The notes under the pieces are model-generated. The model searched no databases and was not told where the DNA came from. It saw only the letters and a program-made list of their open reading frames with translations. Below are positions 18,063 through 26,099 of a DNA stretch of 42,346 nt, one piece after another. The translations under genes and the position numbers were made by a program. Within the stretch, counting starts at the first letter, position 1, and each line of letters begins with the position of its first letter. The stretch spans positions 2,534 to 44,879 of the forward strand of contig JAHFKB010000002.1 of the NCBI GenBank assembly GCA_023245565.1. The letters are read 5' to 3'. Origin of the DNA: an archaeon. Lineage in GTDB: Archaea > Nanobdellota > Nanobdellia > SCGC-AAA011-G17 > GW2011-AR18.

Positions 18063-19502
18063 TTATGCAGATTTTCTTTTTCTAATTTGTAAAAGCTCAT
18101 GTCTTGATGGAGTTTCAGTTATACTTCCAGCTACATCTGGAATAAAACAAGAACCACAATAAGCATTTTTATCATTATGATGGCAATATCTATAATTTCC
18201 ATTATTGTTATCTATTAAAGCTGTAATACTTGGATGCATTGTCATAGCAATTTTAGCATTGTTACCAGCTTGTTTAAAATCATTAGTTCTATCTTTAATA
18301 TTTATATTATCTGTAAAAATATCTAATTGAGAGCTTTCTAAGACACCTAAAGTTTCTTCTACTACATCTTTTCTATTTGGTCTTATTGGTAATAATTGTA
18401 TTCTTGGAAAACATTTTAAAGCTCTTTTAAAAGATTTTTCATAATAAGAACCACCAAATTCTCTAGTAGGATCAACAAGTAAAAATGGAACTGTATTTAC
18501 TCCTGCTTCTAAATACTTAATACCATCTTCTATTCTTTGCAATTGATTTCTTCCATGAGAAAAAGGACCAGACTCATTTTTATCATTACCTAAACTTATT
18601 AATAAAGTTGAATTTGTTTTTTTAAACAATTCAGCAACTCTTTGATCATATTCTAGATATTTTGTAGGCATTACAGCATGTAAATCTGTTTCTAAACAAG
18701 CTTCAAGAGAATTTAATAATTGATTTCTAAAAATAGGTATTCCTGCTTCTACTCTTTTTGCAATTCTTAATACTGTTTTACGTTTTAATCTCTCATTTTT
18801 TAATTCTTTAATTTGATTTATTAAATCATTTTTATCTACGTCATAAATATAAGGATATCCTTTGTGATTACGAACAGCATAACAATAACTACATGAGGCA
18901 TTTGGAGATAATTTTCCATCTTCAGTTATTCCACTAATACACCATTGTGCAAAATCTAAATTTAAATCAAGAATACATGTTGGATGAACATTTTGTTTGC
19001 CTTCTGAATCAATTTTAGCAAGGCCTTTTATTGTTATTACTGCTTTTGATAATATTTCATCAACATATTCTGTTTTAGTTTCAGGCGGAATTATTTGCGG
19101 TTTAAATCTATAGTGTTTTTCTTTTTCTCCAATAATTGTTTGTTTTGGTTCTATTCTTGTATGTTTATTTATATCAAATCTAGCAATTCTCTTTATTAAA
19201 TTTTCATCATTTTTAAATCTAGAAACAATTTCATATTGTATTCCATATCTTGAATCTAATTCAGAAGGTAAAATTTCTTTTGAAGATAAATCAATTACTT
19301 CATCATAACTTCCAGATTTTCTATTAATAATAAAATAATCAATGTTTGATGTATTACCTTTTTTTGTAGTCCAAACAGCATGAGCTATGTGATCTGTATC
19401 TTTTGGTGTTGCATAAACAACTCCTGGATTAGTAGAATAAATTCCAAGAACTTCAATACTTTTTCCACTTTGATCTTTATCTATAAATAAACGACGCATC
19501 AT
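18063..19502 (-). CDS. Hypothetical 479-aa protein; central region resembles SplB-like radical-SAM TIM barrels but has a non-canonical Cys motif
   Basis: C188-x15-C204-x2-C207 (WCISG...ASCSYCYAVRNH), followed by a pattern like COG1533 proteins (MPTKYLEYD..., LLISLG, RIEDGIKYLEAGVNTVPFLLVDP). C-terminal CHH...CGSC cluster. Confidence 0.35.
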   Translation of the reverse strand: MMRRLFIDKDQSGKSIEVLGIYSTNPGVVYATPKDTDHIAHAVWTTKKGNTSNIDYFIINRKSGSYDEVIDLSSKEILPSELDSRYGIQYEIVSRFKNDENLIKRIARFDINKHTRIEPKQTIIGEKEKHYRFKPQIIPPETKTEYVDEILSKAVITIKGLAKIDSEGKQNVHPTCILDLNLDFAQWCISGITEDGKLSPNASCSYCYAVRNHKGYPYIYDVDKNDLINQIKELKNERLKRKTVLRIAKRVEAGIPIFRNQLLNSLEACLETDLHAVMPTKYLEYDQRVAELFKKTNSTLLISLGNDKNESGPFSHGRNQLQRIEDGIKYLEAGVNTVPFLLVDPTREFGGSYYEKSFKRALKCFPRIQLLPIRPNRKDVVEETLGVLESSQLDIFTDNINIKDRTNDFKQAGNNAKIAMTMHPSITALIDNNNGNYRYCHHNDKNAYCGSCFIPDVAGSITETPSRHELLQIRKRKSA

Positions 19503-19558
19503 TTTATAGAAAATTAAATTAAATTACTATTAAAGATTATTGTTATTAATTATAGTAA

Positions 19559-19999
19559 TTATAATAAATTTAATGGTTTTGGCGGTGTAATTATTAAATC
19601 TGGGTTATTTTTCCATTTATCTGTTGTATCTATATATAATTCTAATTCATTTTCATCTGGATCTTGAATGTAAATGCTTTTTGTAACTGTATGGTCTGCT
19701 CCACCAATTATAATTATTTTATGTTTTTTTAATTCTTTAATTGCATTTTTTAGATCTTCTTCTTTATCTCCTATTTTAAAACCTATATGATATAATCCCG
19801 GCTTAATTTTTTTATCTGAATTTATATTTCCCCCTATTTCAATTAATAATAATTCATGATGTGTTCTTCCTGTTGAAAAAACTGCCATTGCATCTTTTTT
19901 TGCAATTTGATTAAAACCTAAAATTTCCCTATAGAAGTAAGATATTTTTTCTAAATTTGTTACATACAAAACTACATGACCTAATTCTTTTATTTTCAT
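19559..19999 (-). CDS. Glyoxalase/bleomycin-resistance/dioxygenase (VOC) family protein
   Basis: LGHVVLYVTNLEKISYFYREILGF N-terminal block and HIGFKI...ELELY repeat of the VOC fold. Confidence 0.75.
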   Translation of the reverse strand: MKIKELGHVVLYVTNLEKISYFYREILGFNQIAKKDAMAVFSTGRTHHELLLIEIGGNINSDKKIKPGLYHIGFKIGDKEEDLKNAIKELKKHKIIIIGGADHTVTKSIYIQDPDENELELYIDTTDKWKNNPDLIITPPKPLNLL

Positions 20000-20136
20000 A
20001 TAATTAAAATAATTTTAAAAGTTATATAGTTTTTGTAATAAATTTAAAATAAAAACATTTATATTGTCTATTATTAATATTGCTTTTTCTAATAAAAGAA
20101 AGGAGAGAAGATGTGTTGAATATAGTAATTAAAAAA

Positions 20137-20227
20137 TGCGCGAGCCGGGATTTGAACCCGGGTCTCAACGTTGGCAACGTCGAATAAAAGTCAACCATAT
20201 GGTTTCTAACCACTATACTACTCGCGC
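20137..20227 (-). tRNA. tRNA-Gly(GCC) with a ~18-nt insertion in or next to the D-arm
   Basis: Reverse strand reads GCGCGAG-TA-GTAT-[32 nt]-CGACG-TTGCCAA-CGTTG-AGAC-CCGGG-TTCAAAT-CCCGG-CTCGCGC-A. All stems pair except around the D-arm, where about 18 extra nt sit, including the palindrome AACCATATGGTT. Confidence 0.65.
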
Positions 20228-20276
20228 ATAATTAGAATTTTTAAATTTAATGTTGTTTTTAAATATTGCTATAGAA

Positions 20277-20654
20277 TTAACCAAAATAATCTTCAGCTTT
20301 TTCTTTTAATTTTTCAACTATTGGTTTTTCTTTTTGTTCTTTTTTAACAATTTTCTCTGCTTTTTTAACTGCTTCTGGTTTTTTAATTTCACCAAATTTA
20401 GATTCATAATCTTTTACTACATTATTTAACATTACTAAAAAAGATTTTGCATTAAATGGGGTTAAAATTATTGGAGCATGTCTTAAGAAAATACTTTGAT
20501 GATTTCCTATATCATGCAAATGAGTTACAGATTTAAAATCTAAAACTAATTCATTTGGATTAAAATTAATACTTACTTCATTAGAATAGAATTGGTCTTG
20601 ATCTTTTATTCTTACATTTAATTGTTTTTGTTGTTTAATTTCCTCTTTTGACAT
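20277..20654 (-). CDS. DUF3467-like protein
   Basis: FYSNEVSINFNPNELVLDFKSV ... IILTPFNAKSFLVMLNNVVKDYESKFGEIK follows the pattern I recall for DUF3467. Confidence 0.55.
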   Translation of the reverse strand: MSKEEIKQQKQLNVRIKDQDQFYSNEVSINFNPNELVLDFKSVTHLHDIGNHQSIFLRHAPIILTPFNAKSFLVMLNNVVKDYESKFGEIKKPEAVKKAEKIVKKEQKEKPIVEKLKEKAEDYFG

Positions 20655-20767
20655 AGAATTTTGATAAGTATTATGTTTAAATGTTTTACTGATTAATTAT
20701 AACTCAATATTTGATATTATAAATTCTAGAAACTTATATAAATACGTTAATATTAAAATAATTAAAT

Positions 20768-21076
20768 ATGGTAATATTTAAAATAATTAAGTTATTTTGT
20801 TTGATTCTTTTAATAATTATTGTTGCTGGATGTAAACCTGTTCAATATCAAGAAACTTCTAATGGAACATTAACTGGTAGTTTAAATGTTGAATCAGAAC
20901 CTAATCAAACTGAGATTTATATTGATGGTTTATTTATTGGTAAAACTCCTTTATTGATAACTAATTTAAGTATTGGAAATCATAAACTCACTTTGAAAAA
21001 AGCAAAATATAAAGATTTTAATCAAGAAGTAAATATTATTCCTGGTCAAACATTGTCAACCAAGGCAAGTTATTAA
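20768..21076 (+). CDS. PEGA-domain lipoprotein
   Basis: Lipobox IIVAGC. VESEPNQTEIYIDGLFIGKTPLLITNLSIGNHKLTLKKAKYKDF matches the PEGA repeat. Confidence 0.65.
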   Translation: MVIFKIIKLFCLILLIIIVAGCKPVQYQETSNGTLTGSLNVESEPNQTEIYIDGLFIGKTPLLITNLSIGNHKLTLKKAKYKDFNQEVNIIPGQTLSTKASY

Positions 21077-21231
21077 TTTAAGAAAATTAATAGTGGGCCA
21101 TGTCTGGGCATTTCTGCCAGGAATAAGACTTTCTAAAGTACCAAAGCTTGATGGTGCAACTAATGTTTAAACGTAAAATCTTCAAAATTTCCAGCGATAA
21201 TTATATAAATATTAATACCTATAAAAATATA

Positions 21232-21342
21232 TGAAAAGAAAAAATATCAAGAAAATAAATAGTAAGGAATTATTACGTTTAAGTAATTTAGTTCTTAATA
21301 GAGACAAAACCCTATTTGATGAATTATCTAGGTGTTAGATGA
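21232..21342 (+). CDS. 36-aa ORF translationally coupled to doc (candidate antitoxin)
   Basis: ATG at 21232. Its TGA overlaps the doc ATG as ATGA (21339-21342). Peptide MKRKNIKKINSKELLRLSNLVLNETKPYLMNYLGVR. Too short to assign a family. Confidence 0.3.
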
Positions 21343-21743
21343 GAGATAAAGTAATTGAAGAATATTGTGAAATATTCAAGAAGATACATAACAAGATAAT
21401 AGAAGAATCTCCAGATAAACACGACTTCAAAGGCGTAAGGGACGAAGGTTCACTTTATCATACAGTCTATGAAATTATTACTAAAATATCTAAAAATGAA
21501 GACTCATTGACAATTGCTGCTTTATGTTATCAAAAGTTTGCAACTAGACATATTTTCCATGAAGGTAATAAAAGAATGGCTCATATGGTTGCACAAATTT
21601 TTCTATTAAATTATAGGGTTGTTATGAAAATAAATTATAATGAAGCTAAAGAGTTTATTTTAAAAATAGCACGAGGAGAAAAAAGTTTAACTGAAATAAA
21701 AAAATGGATTTCAAAACATGTAGTTGATATAGAAAATAAATAA
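21339..21743 (+). CDS. doc: Fic/Doc-family toxin (death-on-curing type)
   Basis: HIFHEGNKRMAHMV matches the Doc variant (HxFx[D/E]GNKR) of the Fic motif. 134 aa. Confidence 0.75.
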   Translation: MRDKVIEEYCEIFKKIHNKIIEESPDKHDFKGVRDEGSLYHTVYEIITKISKNEDSLTIAALCYQKFATRHIFHEGNKRMAHMVAQIFLLNYRVVMKINYNEAKEFILKIARGEKSLTEIKKWISKHVVDIENK

Positions 21744-21755
21744 TAATTTATAATC

Positions 21756-21920
21756 TTACTTAAACATTCCAGCTATTGTTGCAATTGCAACTTTTGCTCC
21801 AGGAGGAAGAAGTGATCCTTTCTCTTTTGCTATTTTACTAACTTTCTTTCTTAATAAATCTGCATTTATTTTTAAACCCGTTTTCTTAAATTCTTTAGAT
21901 TTTCCAATTGGCAGTTCAGA
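21756..21920 (-). pseudogene. Start-less open frame abutting the 3' end of tRNA-Val (possible truncated gene remnant)
   Basis: 54 sense codons (SELPIGKSKEFKKTGLKINADLLRKKVSKIAKEKGSLLPPGAKVAIATIAGMFK*) between an in-frame TGA and a TAA. No ATG/GTG/TTG anywhere in the frame. Confidence 0.25.
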
Positions 21921-21928
21921 TCATAAAA

Positions 21929-22000
21929 TGGGCCCAGCCTGATTCGAACAGGCGACCTACACCTTGTAAGGGTGTTGTCATACCGCTAGACCATGGGCCC
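21929..22000 (-). tRNA. tRNA-Val(UAC), intron-less
   Basis: Reverse strand reads GGGCCCA-TG-GTCT-AGCGGTAT-GACA-A-CACCC-TTACAAG... with T-arm GCCTG-TTCGAAT-CAGGC and acceptor TGGGCCC-A. Clean cloverleaf. Confidence 0.85.
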
Positions 22001-22117
22001 TTTGATAGGCTTTTGAAGAATTATTCCACTTTTAAAAGTTTTCTTTTGTATTTAATTATTAGATATAGTTTAAATTATATAAGTTCTTTTAAAACAAAAA
22101 TTTACTAAAATAACTCT

Positions 22118-22999
22118 ATGAGGGCTTCATTATCAAGATTAGTTACAAATATTTCTTATTTGCATGATAAAGAATTAGTTCCTGATAAAGATAAATTAGA
22201 ATTAAGGATTTCTAAAGCCTCTCTTGAAATTGGTAGAAGTCAACAACTAGATTTTTTTAATATTGGTGAAGGTTCAAGAAAAAGTGAAAGATATAAAGTT
22301 GAATCTGCAAGAAGTCAATTTATTGGTTATATGTATGAACTTTTAATTGCAAGCTTTTATGGTGGAAAGTTATTAAAAACACCTTTAAGAATTGGACCTG
22401 AAAAATTTAGTCTTATGCCTGATGTAGTTGATTTTGAAAGAAAAATATATTGGGAATCTAAATGCATTTCTAATGGAAGACGCTTGCCATTAAGAGATGA
22501 TCAAAGTAATGGCTATAATTATTTACAAAAAACTAAACCTTATCCTAAAATTAACTTTATTATCTGGAAGCATTCTGTAAATGATATTAAAATAAATCTT
22601 AAAAGAAGTGCTGAAGAACTTTTACAAGAGATTTGTTCTAGAACTAATTATGCACTTGTAATGCCAATGAGTTTAATAGCTGAATTTAACGATCTTACAA
22701 AATTAGAAAAACATTCTAGTTTAGTTTATAGATATGTTCCAAAAAAAGAAAAACCTAGTGGAAAAAGAAAACTTGGAAGAAGAGATTGTGTTTATGTAAA
22801 GAATCCTGTTCTTTATGATTTATTAATTTCTCCGGAAAAAGTTATAGAAAAATTAGGTCTTGATCCTGAAAATTATTTATTTAATAGATTAAAGTCTCCT
22901 TTGAATTTTTATGTTAATAATTATTTATTAAGGCCTTTTCCAATATTAGAAATAATTGATAAAGATCATGAAGCTTGGTCTAAAAGTTTTGATATTTGA
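22118..22999 (+). CDS. Uncharacterised PD-(D/E)xK nuclease-like protein, paralog 1 (RecB/Cas4-type motif set)
   Basis: E74 (YMYELL), D102 (MPDVVD), E113-x-K115 (WESKC), Q129-xxx-Y133 (QSNGY). Aligns end to end with the proteins at 26922 and 27962. Confidence 0.6.
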   Translation: MRASLSRLVTNISYLHDKELVPDKDKLELRISKASLEIGRSQQLDFFNIGEGSRKSERYKVESARSQFIGYMYELLIASFYGGKLLKTPLRIGPEKFSLMPDVVDFERKIYWESKCISNGRRLPLRDDQSNGYNYLQKTKPYPKINFIIWKHSVNDIKINLKRSAEELLQEICSRTNYALVMPMSLIAEFNDLTKLEKHSSLVYRYVPKKEKPSGKRKLGRRDCVYVKNPVLYDLLISPEKVIEKLGLDPENYLFNRLKSPLNFYVNNYLLRPFPILEIIDKDHEAWSKSFDI

Positions 23000-23873
23000 T
23001 CTTGTGCTTTTTTGATTTTTTAGTTTTTCTTTTATGATACTTGTGTGCTATGTATAAAATAATAATTATAACTAAACCCCCATATAAATATGCTGAAGGT
23101 ATTCCATACTCTTCTTCTTTATATTGAATTCTTAAAAAATTACCTGTTAAATTTCCTAAATTCATTTGGACGCTTGGTTTTAAAATAATTGGAGTTTCTT
23201 TATTTATATCTCTATAATTTCCTATTGTATCTTTATAATTTATATTGATATTTAAGAAAGACCTAGTATTATTTACTACATCTTTATTTAATTTAATAGG
23301 TATTTTGATTGTACTATGATCTCCAGAATTAATTTTTCCAATATAGAATTCTTTTTGGCCTGTTAATTCTAATTTTTCTTGTTCTGGTAAATTTATACTA
23401 ACTTCTTGTGCTGGATTTATTCCTATATTATATATATCTAATAAAATGCTATCTTGGTTATAATAATTTATCTTTAGATCAAAATTAGTTGACACTTCTT
23501 TTATTTTTATATCTATAATTTTTTTATAATAGGTTTTTGGAGTTTCATATATTCTAAATTCTATCTGATAATCGCCAGGAGTAACTTCTTTATCTATGTT
23601 TAATTTATAATGCAGAGTTAATTTTTCTCCTGATCTAAATGTTGTCATGTTGTAAATATCTGTAGATTCATCTAAAATAAATGGTGGTTTTAATTTAAAA
23701 GAAAAATTAAGATCATAAATTGATGATTTAATATTTGTAAAATCTATGTAAATATCTAAAGGTTGACCTTGAATACCATAAAAAATATCTTGTCTAATTA
23801 TAACTTTCTCTTCTTCAGCAAAAACCATATTTAATGATAATAAAAATAATAAAATTATAAACCACATTTTCAT
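22980..23873 (-). CDS. Signal-peptide, C-terminally TM-anchored surface protein (CARDB/COG1361-like), paralog of 25155..26099
   Basis: Signal peptide MKMWFIILLFLLSLNMVFA, beta-rich repeats (GEKLTLHYKLNIDKEVTPGDYQIEFRIY), C-terminal TM plus a basic tail. Confidence 0.55.
   Translation of the reverse strand: MKMWFIILLFLLSLNMVFAEEEKVIIRQDIFYGIQGQPLDIYIDFTNIKSSIYDLNFSFKLKPPFILDESTDIYNMTTFRSGEKLTLHYKLNIDKEVTPGDYQIEFRIYETPKTYYKKIIDIKIKEVSTNFDLKINYYNQDSILLDIYNIGINPAQEVSINLPEQEKLELTGQKEFYIGKINSGDHSTIKIPIKLNKDVVNNTRSFLNININYKDTIGNYRDINKETPIILKPSVQMNLGNLTGNFLRIQYKEEEYGIPSAYLYGGLVIIIILYIAHKYHKRKTKKSKKHKIKYQNF
23599..23634. repeat. 36-nt stretch identical to 25756..25791 inside otherwise diverged paralogs
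   Basis: TTTAATTTATAATGCAGAGTTAATTTTTCTCCTGAT occurs in both genes. It encodes (S)GEKLTLHYKL on the reverse strand. Confidence 0.7.
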
Positions 23874-23903
23874 ATTATTTTATAAAATCTCTAATATATA
23901 AAT

Positions 23904-25154
23904 TTATTCTGATCTTAATGCTTTAACTGGTTTTAATTTTGAAGCTCTGTAAGCTGGTATTGCTCCAGAAATCATTCCTAAGACCATTGAAAATATTAAT
24001 GTAAAAATTATTACTTGTATTGATATTGAAGTTGTAATTGGGTCTCCGCCACCAAAACTAACTCCTAATTTTGGAATTGATATTGCAATTAATATTCCAA
24101 ATAAAACTCCTAAAATTCCACCAACTAAACCTACTAAACCTGAATTAAATAAAAATATTAACATTATATCTATGTTTTTAGCACCTAAGGCTTTCATGAT
24201 TCCTATTTCTTTAGTTCTTTCTAAAACTGAAGTAAACATTGTATTTGCAATTCCAACAGCTCCAACAATTAGAGATACTGCTGCTATAACTCCTAAAAAT
24301 AAAGTAAAACCTGCTAATATTGCAGCTACTTTTTCTTGTATTGTTTTCATAGATAAAATAGTAAAATCTTTTGTGTCTTTATTTACATGTCTTACAACAA
24401 ATAATTTTTCTTCTAATAATTTTTCAACTAGGTCAACTTGATTTTGATCTTTAACTTTAATTGTAATTGAATCATATTCTCTTTCATTTTTATTTAAAAC
24501 TTCTTTTGCAGTTTCAATAGGCATTATTATTTTTCTATCATCAACACTAAAGCCTCCTGCTTTTTTAAGTACTCCGACTATAGTGTAAGGTTTTTCATCT
24601 ATCTTAATTTGTCTATTAAGTGCTATGTCATTTTTAAAAACTTCTTTTGCTATTGAATTTCCTATTACTACTGCATTTTTATCACTTGGAATAAGAAACC
24701 TTCCAGACTCTAGATTTGAAGTTGTTATAAATTTCCAAATTTGTGGATCAACACCATCTATGTTTAGATTTACTGTTTCTCCTAAATAATAAACAGATTT
24801 TGTACTGCTTATTTGAGGATTAACATATAATATCTCTGGAATTGATTTAGATGCTTGGACTTCTTTATCTGTTAATAATTTATTTGTTGTACTTTGAGAT
24901 TGTTCTCCTGGGCGAGATCTACAATTTGGACCTGGACATTCACTGGCTTTATCAAAACCAGGAGTTATTGTTATTATATCTGAACCTAATCCTCCTAATT
25001 GTTTTTGAATATCTTTTTGAAAACCATTTCCAATAGAAACAATAGAAATTATTGAAGCTACACCCATTATAATTCCTATAATTGTTAGCCAGCTTCTTAA
25101 TTTACTATGTATTATAATATTTAATGCTATTTTTAATGACTTTTGTATTTTCAT
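23904..25154 (-). CDS. ABC transporter permease, FtsX/MacB type
   Basis: N-terminal TM, large extracytoplasmic domain, three C-terminal TMs with the EIGIMKALGA FtsX signature. 416 aa. Confidence 0.8.
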   Translation of the reverse strand: MKIQKSLKIALNIIIHSKLRSWLTIIGIIMGVASIISIVSIGNGFQKDIQKQLGGLGSDIITITPGFDKASECPGPNCRSRPGEQSQSTTNKLLTDKEVQASKSIPEILYVNPQISSTKSVYYLGETVNLNIDGVDPQIWKFITTSNLESGRFLIPSDKNAVVIGNSIAKEVFKNDIALNRQIKIDEKPYTIVGVLKKAGGFSVDDRKIIMPIETAKEVLNKNEREYDSITIKVKDQNQVDLVEKLLEEKLFVVRHVNKDTKDFTILSMKTIQEKVAAILAGFTLFLGVIAAVSLIVGAVGIANTMFTSVLERTKEIGIMKALGAKNIDIMLIFLFNSGLVGLVGGILGVLFGILIAISIPKLGVSFGGGDPITTSISIQVIIFTLIFSMVLGMISGAIPAYRASKLKPVKALRSE

Positions 25155-26099
25155 TTAATCTTCTTCATTTGCTTTGTTAATTTTTCTTTTGTAATAAATT
25201 ATTACAGCTATTAAAATTACAGCAAGTATTAGTGAAGTGTATATAAAAACTTTGTAATTATTATTTATTTGTTCAGAAGTATCAATCTTGGTTGTATATC
25301 CTGTAAGATCACTAAAGCCTTTTTTTATTTGTTGTGTCATTATTATTGGAATTTCTTTATTTATTGTTCTTCTATTTCCTATTGTATCAGTATAATCTAT
25401 TTGTAAGTTCAATATCTTTTCTTGATTGTCTTCATAATTTAATTTTGGTTTAACTAAAACATTAAGCAATGTATAATCTCCTGAATTTAGATTTCCAACA
25501 ATGTAAGATGGTGAACCTATTAATTCAAAACTTTCTTGTTCTGGAATTTTTACAGTTATTGAATTGGCTGAATTTTTTCCTATATTTGATATTGCTATAG
25601 AAAGTCCTTCTTTACTAACTTGCTGCATTGCTACATCAAAGTTGGATGTTACGTCATCTATTTTTATACTAAAGAAATATGGATAATAAATACCATTGTC
25701 TGTATAAGCTCTAAACTCAACTTCATAATTTCCTGGAATTGCGTTTTTATCAATTTTTAATTTATAATGCAGAGTTAATTTTTCTCCTGATTTTAGAGTT
25801 GGAAAATTAGAATTATCAATTGAAGGATCAAGTGAGAAAGGATATTTTAAATTAAATTCAAATCTTGGATTTATTACATCTCCACCAATATTATCAATTG
25901 CCATATAAACATCTATTAATTCTCCAGGATTAGCTGGGAATGGATCTTGTCTTATGTCTTTCATTCTAAAATTAGATATTGCCTCTTTATTTGATTCTAG
26001 ATTATCTTTTTTTTCTTGTGTAAAATTTAATGATGTTTGTGCAAATGCAGAAGAAACTAACATTAAACTTAATAATATAAAAATTATTATTTTTTTCAT
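25155..26099 (-). CDS. Signal-peptide, C-terminally TM-anchored surface protein (CARDB/COG1361-like)
   Basis: Signal peptide MKKIIIFILLSLMLVSSAFA. NPGELIDVYMAIDNIGGD CARDB-like block. C-terminal TM. ATGA overlap with the ABC ATPase gene. Confidence 0.55.
   Translation of the reverse strand: MKKIIIFILLSLMLVSSAFAQTSLNFTQEKKDNLESNKEAISNFRMKDIRQDPFPANPGELIDVYMAIDNIGGDVINPRFEFNLKYPFSLDPSIDNSNFPTLKSGEKLTLHYKLKIDKNAIPGNYEVEFRAYTDNGIYYPYFFSIKIDDVTSNFDVAMQQVSKEGLSIAISNIGKNSANSITVKIPEQESFELIGSPSYIVGNLNSGDYTLLNVLVKPKLNYEDNQEKILNLQIDYTDTIGNRRTINKEIPIIMTQQIKKGFSDLTGYTTKIDTSEQINNNYKVFIYTSLILAVILIAVIIYYKRKINKANEED
25756..25791. repeat. Second copy of the 36-nt identical stretch (see 23599..23634)
   Basis: Same 36-mer read directly in both genes. 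The flanking bases differ on both sides. Confidence 0.7.

Noticed and set aside
12554-19502. Integrated inovirus-like or other viral element, suggested by the Zot-like ATPase
   Set aside because: No integrase, rolling-circle Rep, cluster of short TM coat-like ORFs or flanking direct repeats were seen. It is kept only as a low-level hypothesis under the ATPase finding.
20022-20213. 63-aa minus-strand ORF in the ORF track
   Set aside because: It overlaps the tRNA-Gly gene (20137-20227), has no plausible start context, and its sequence is low complexity.
21090-21170. Locally GC-richer non-coding patch (GTGGGCCATGTCTGGGCATTTCTGCCAGG...) whose start resembles the 5' end of tRNA-Val. I considered a pseudo-tRNA or a split-tRNA half.
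   Set aside because: No cloverleaf can be drawn, there is no T-arm (GTTCGAAT-like) and no credible anticodon arm, and only a weak 4-bp hairpin is present. It might be a decayed gene fragment, but I cannot support any RNA call.
21908-22108. 66-aa plus-strand ORF in the ORF track
   Set aside because: It runs antisense through tRNA-Val (21929-22000), and the open frame is a by-product of the GC-rich tRNA.
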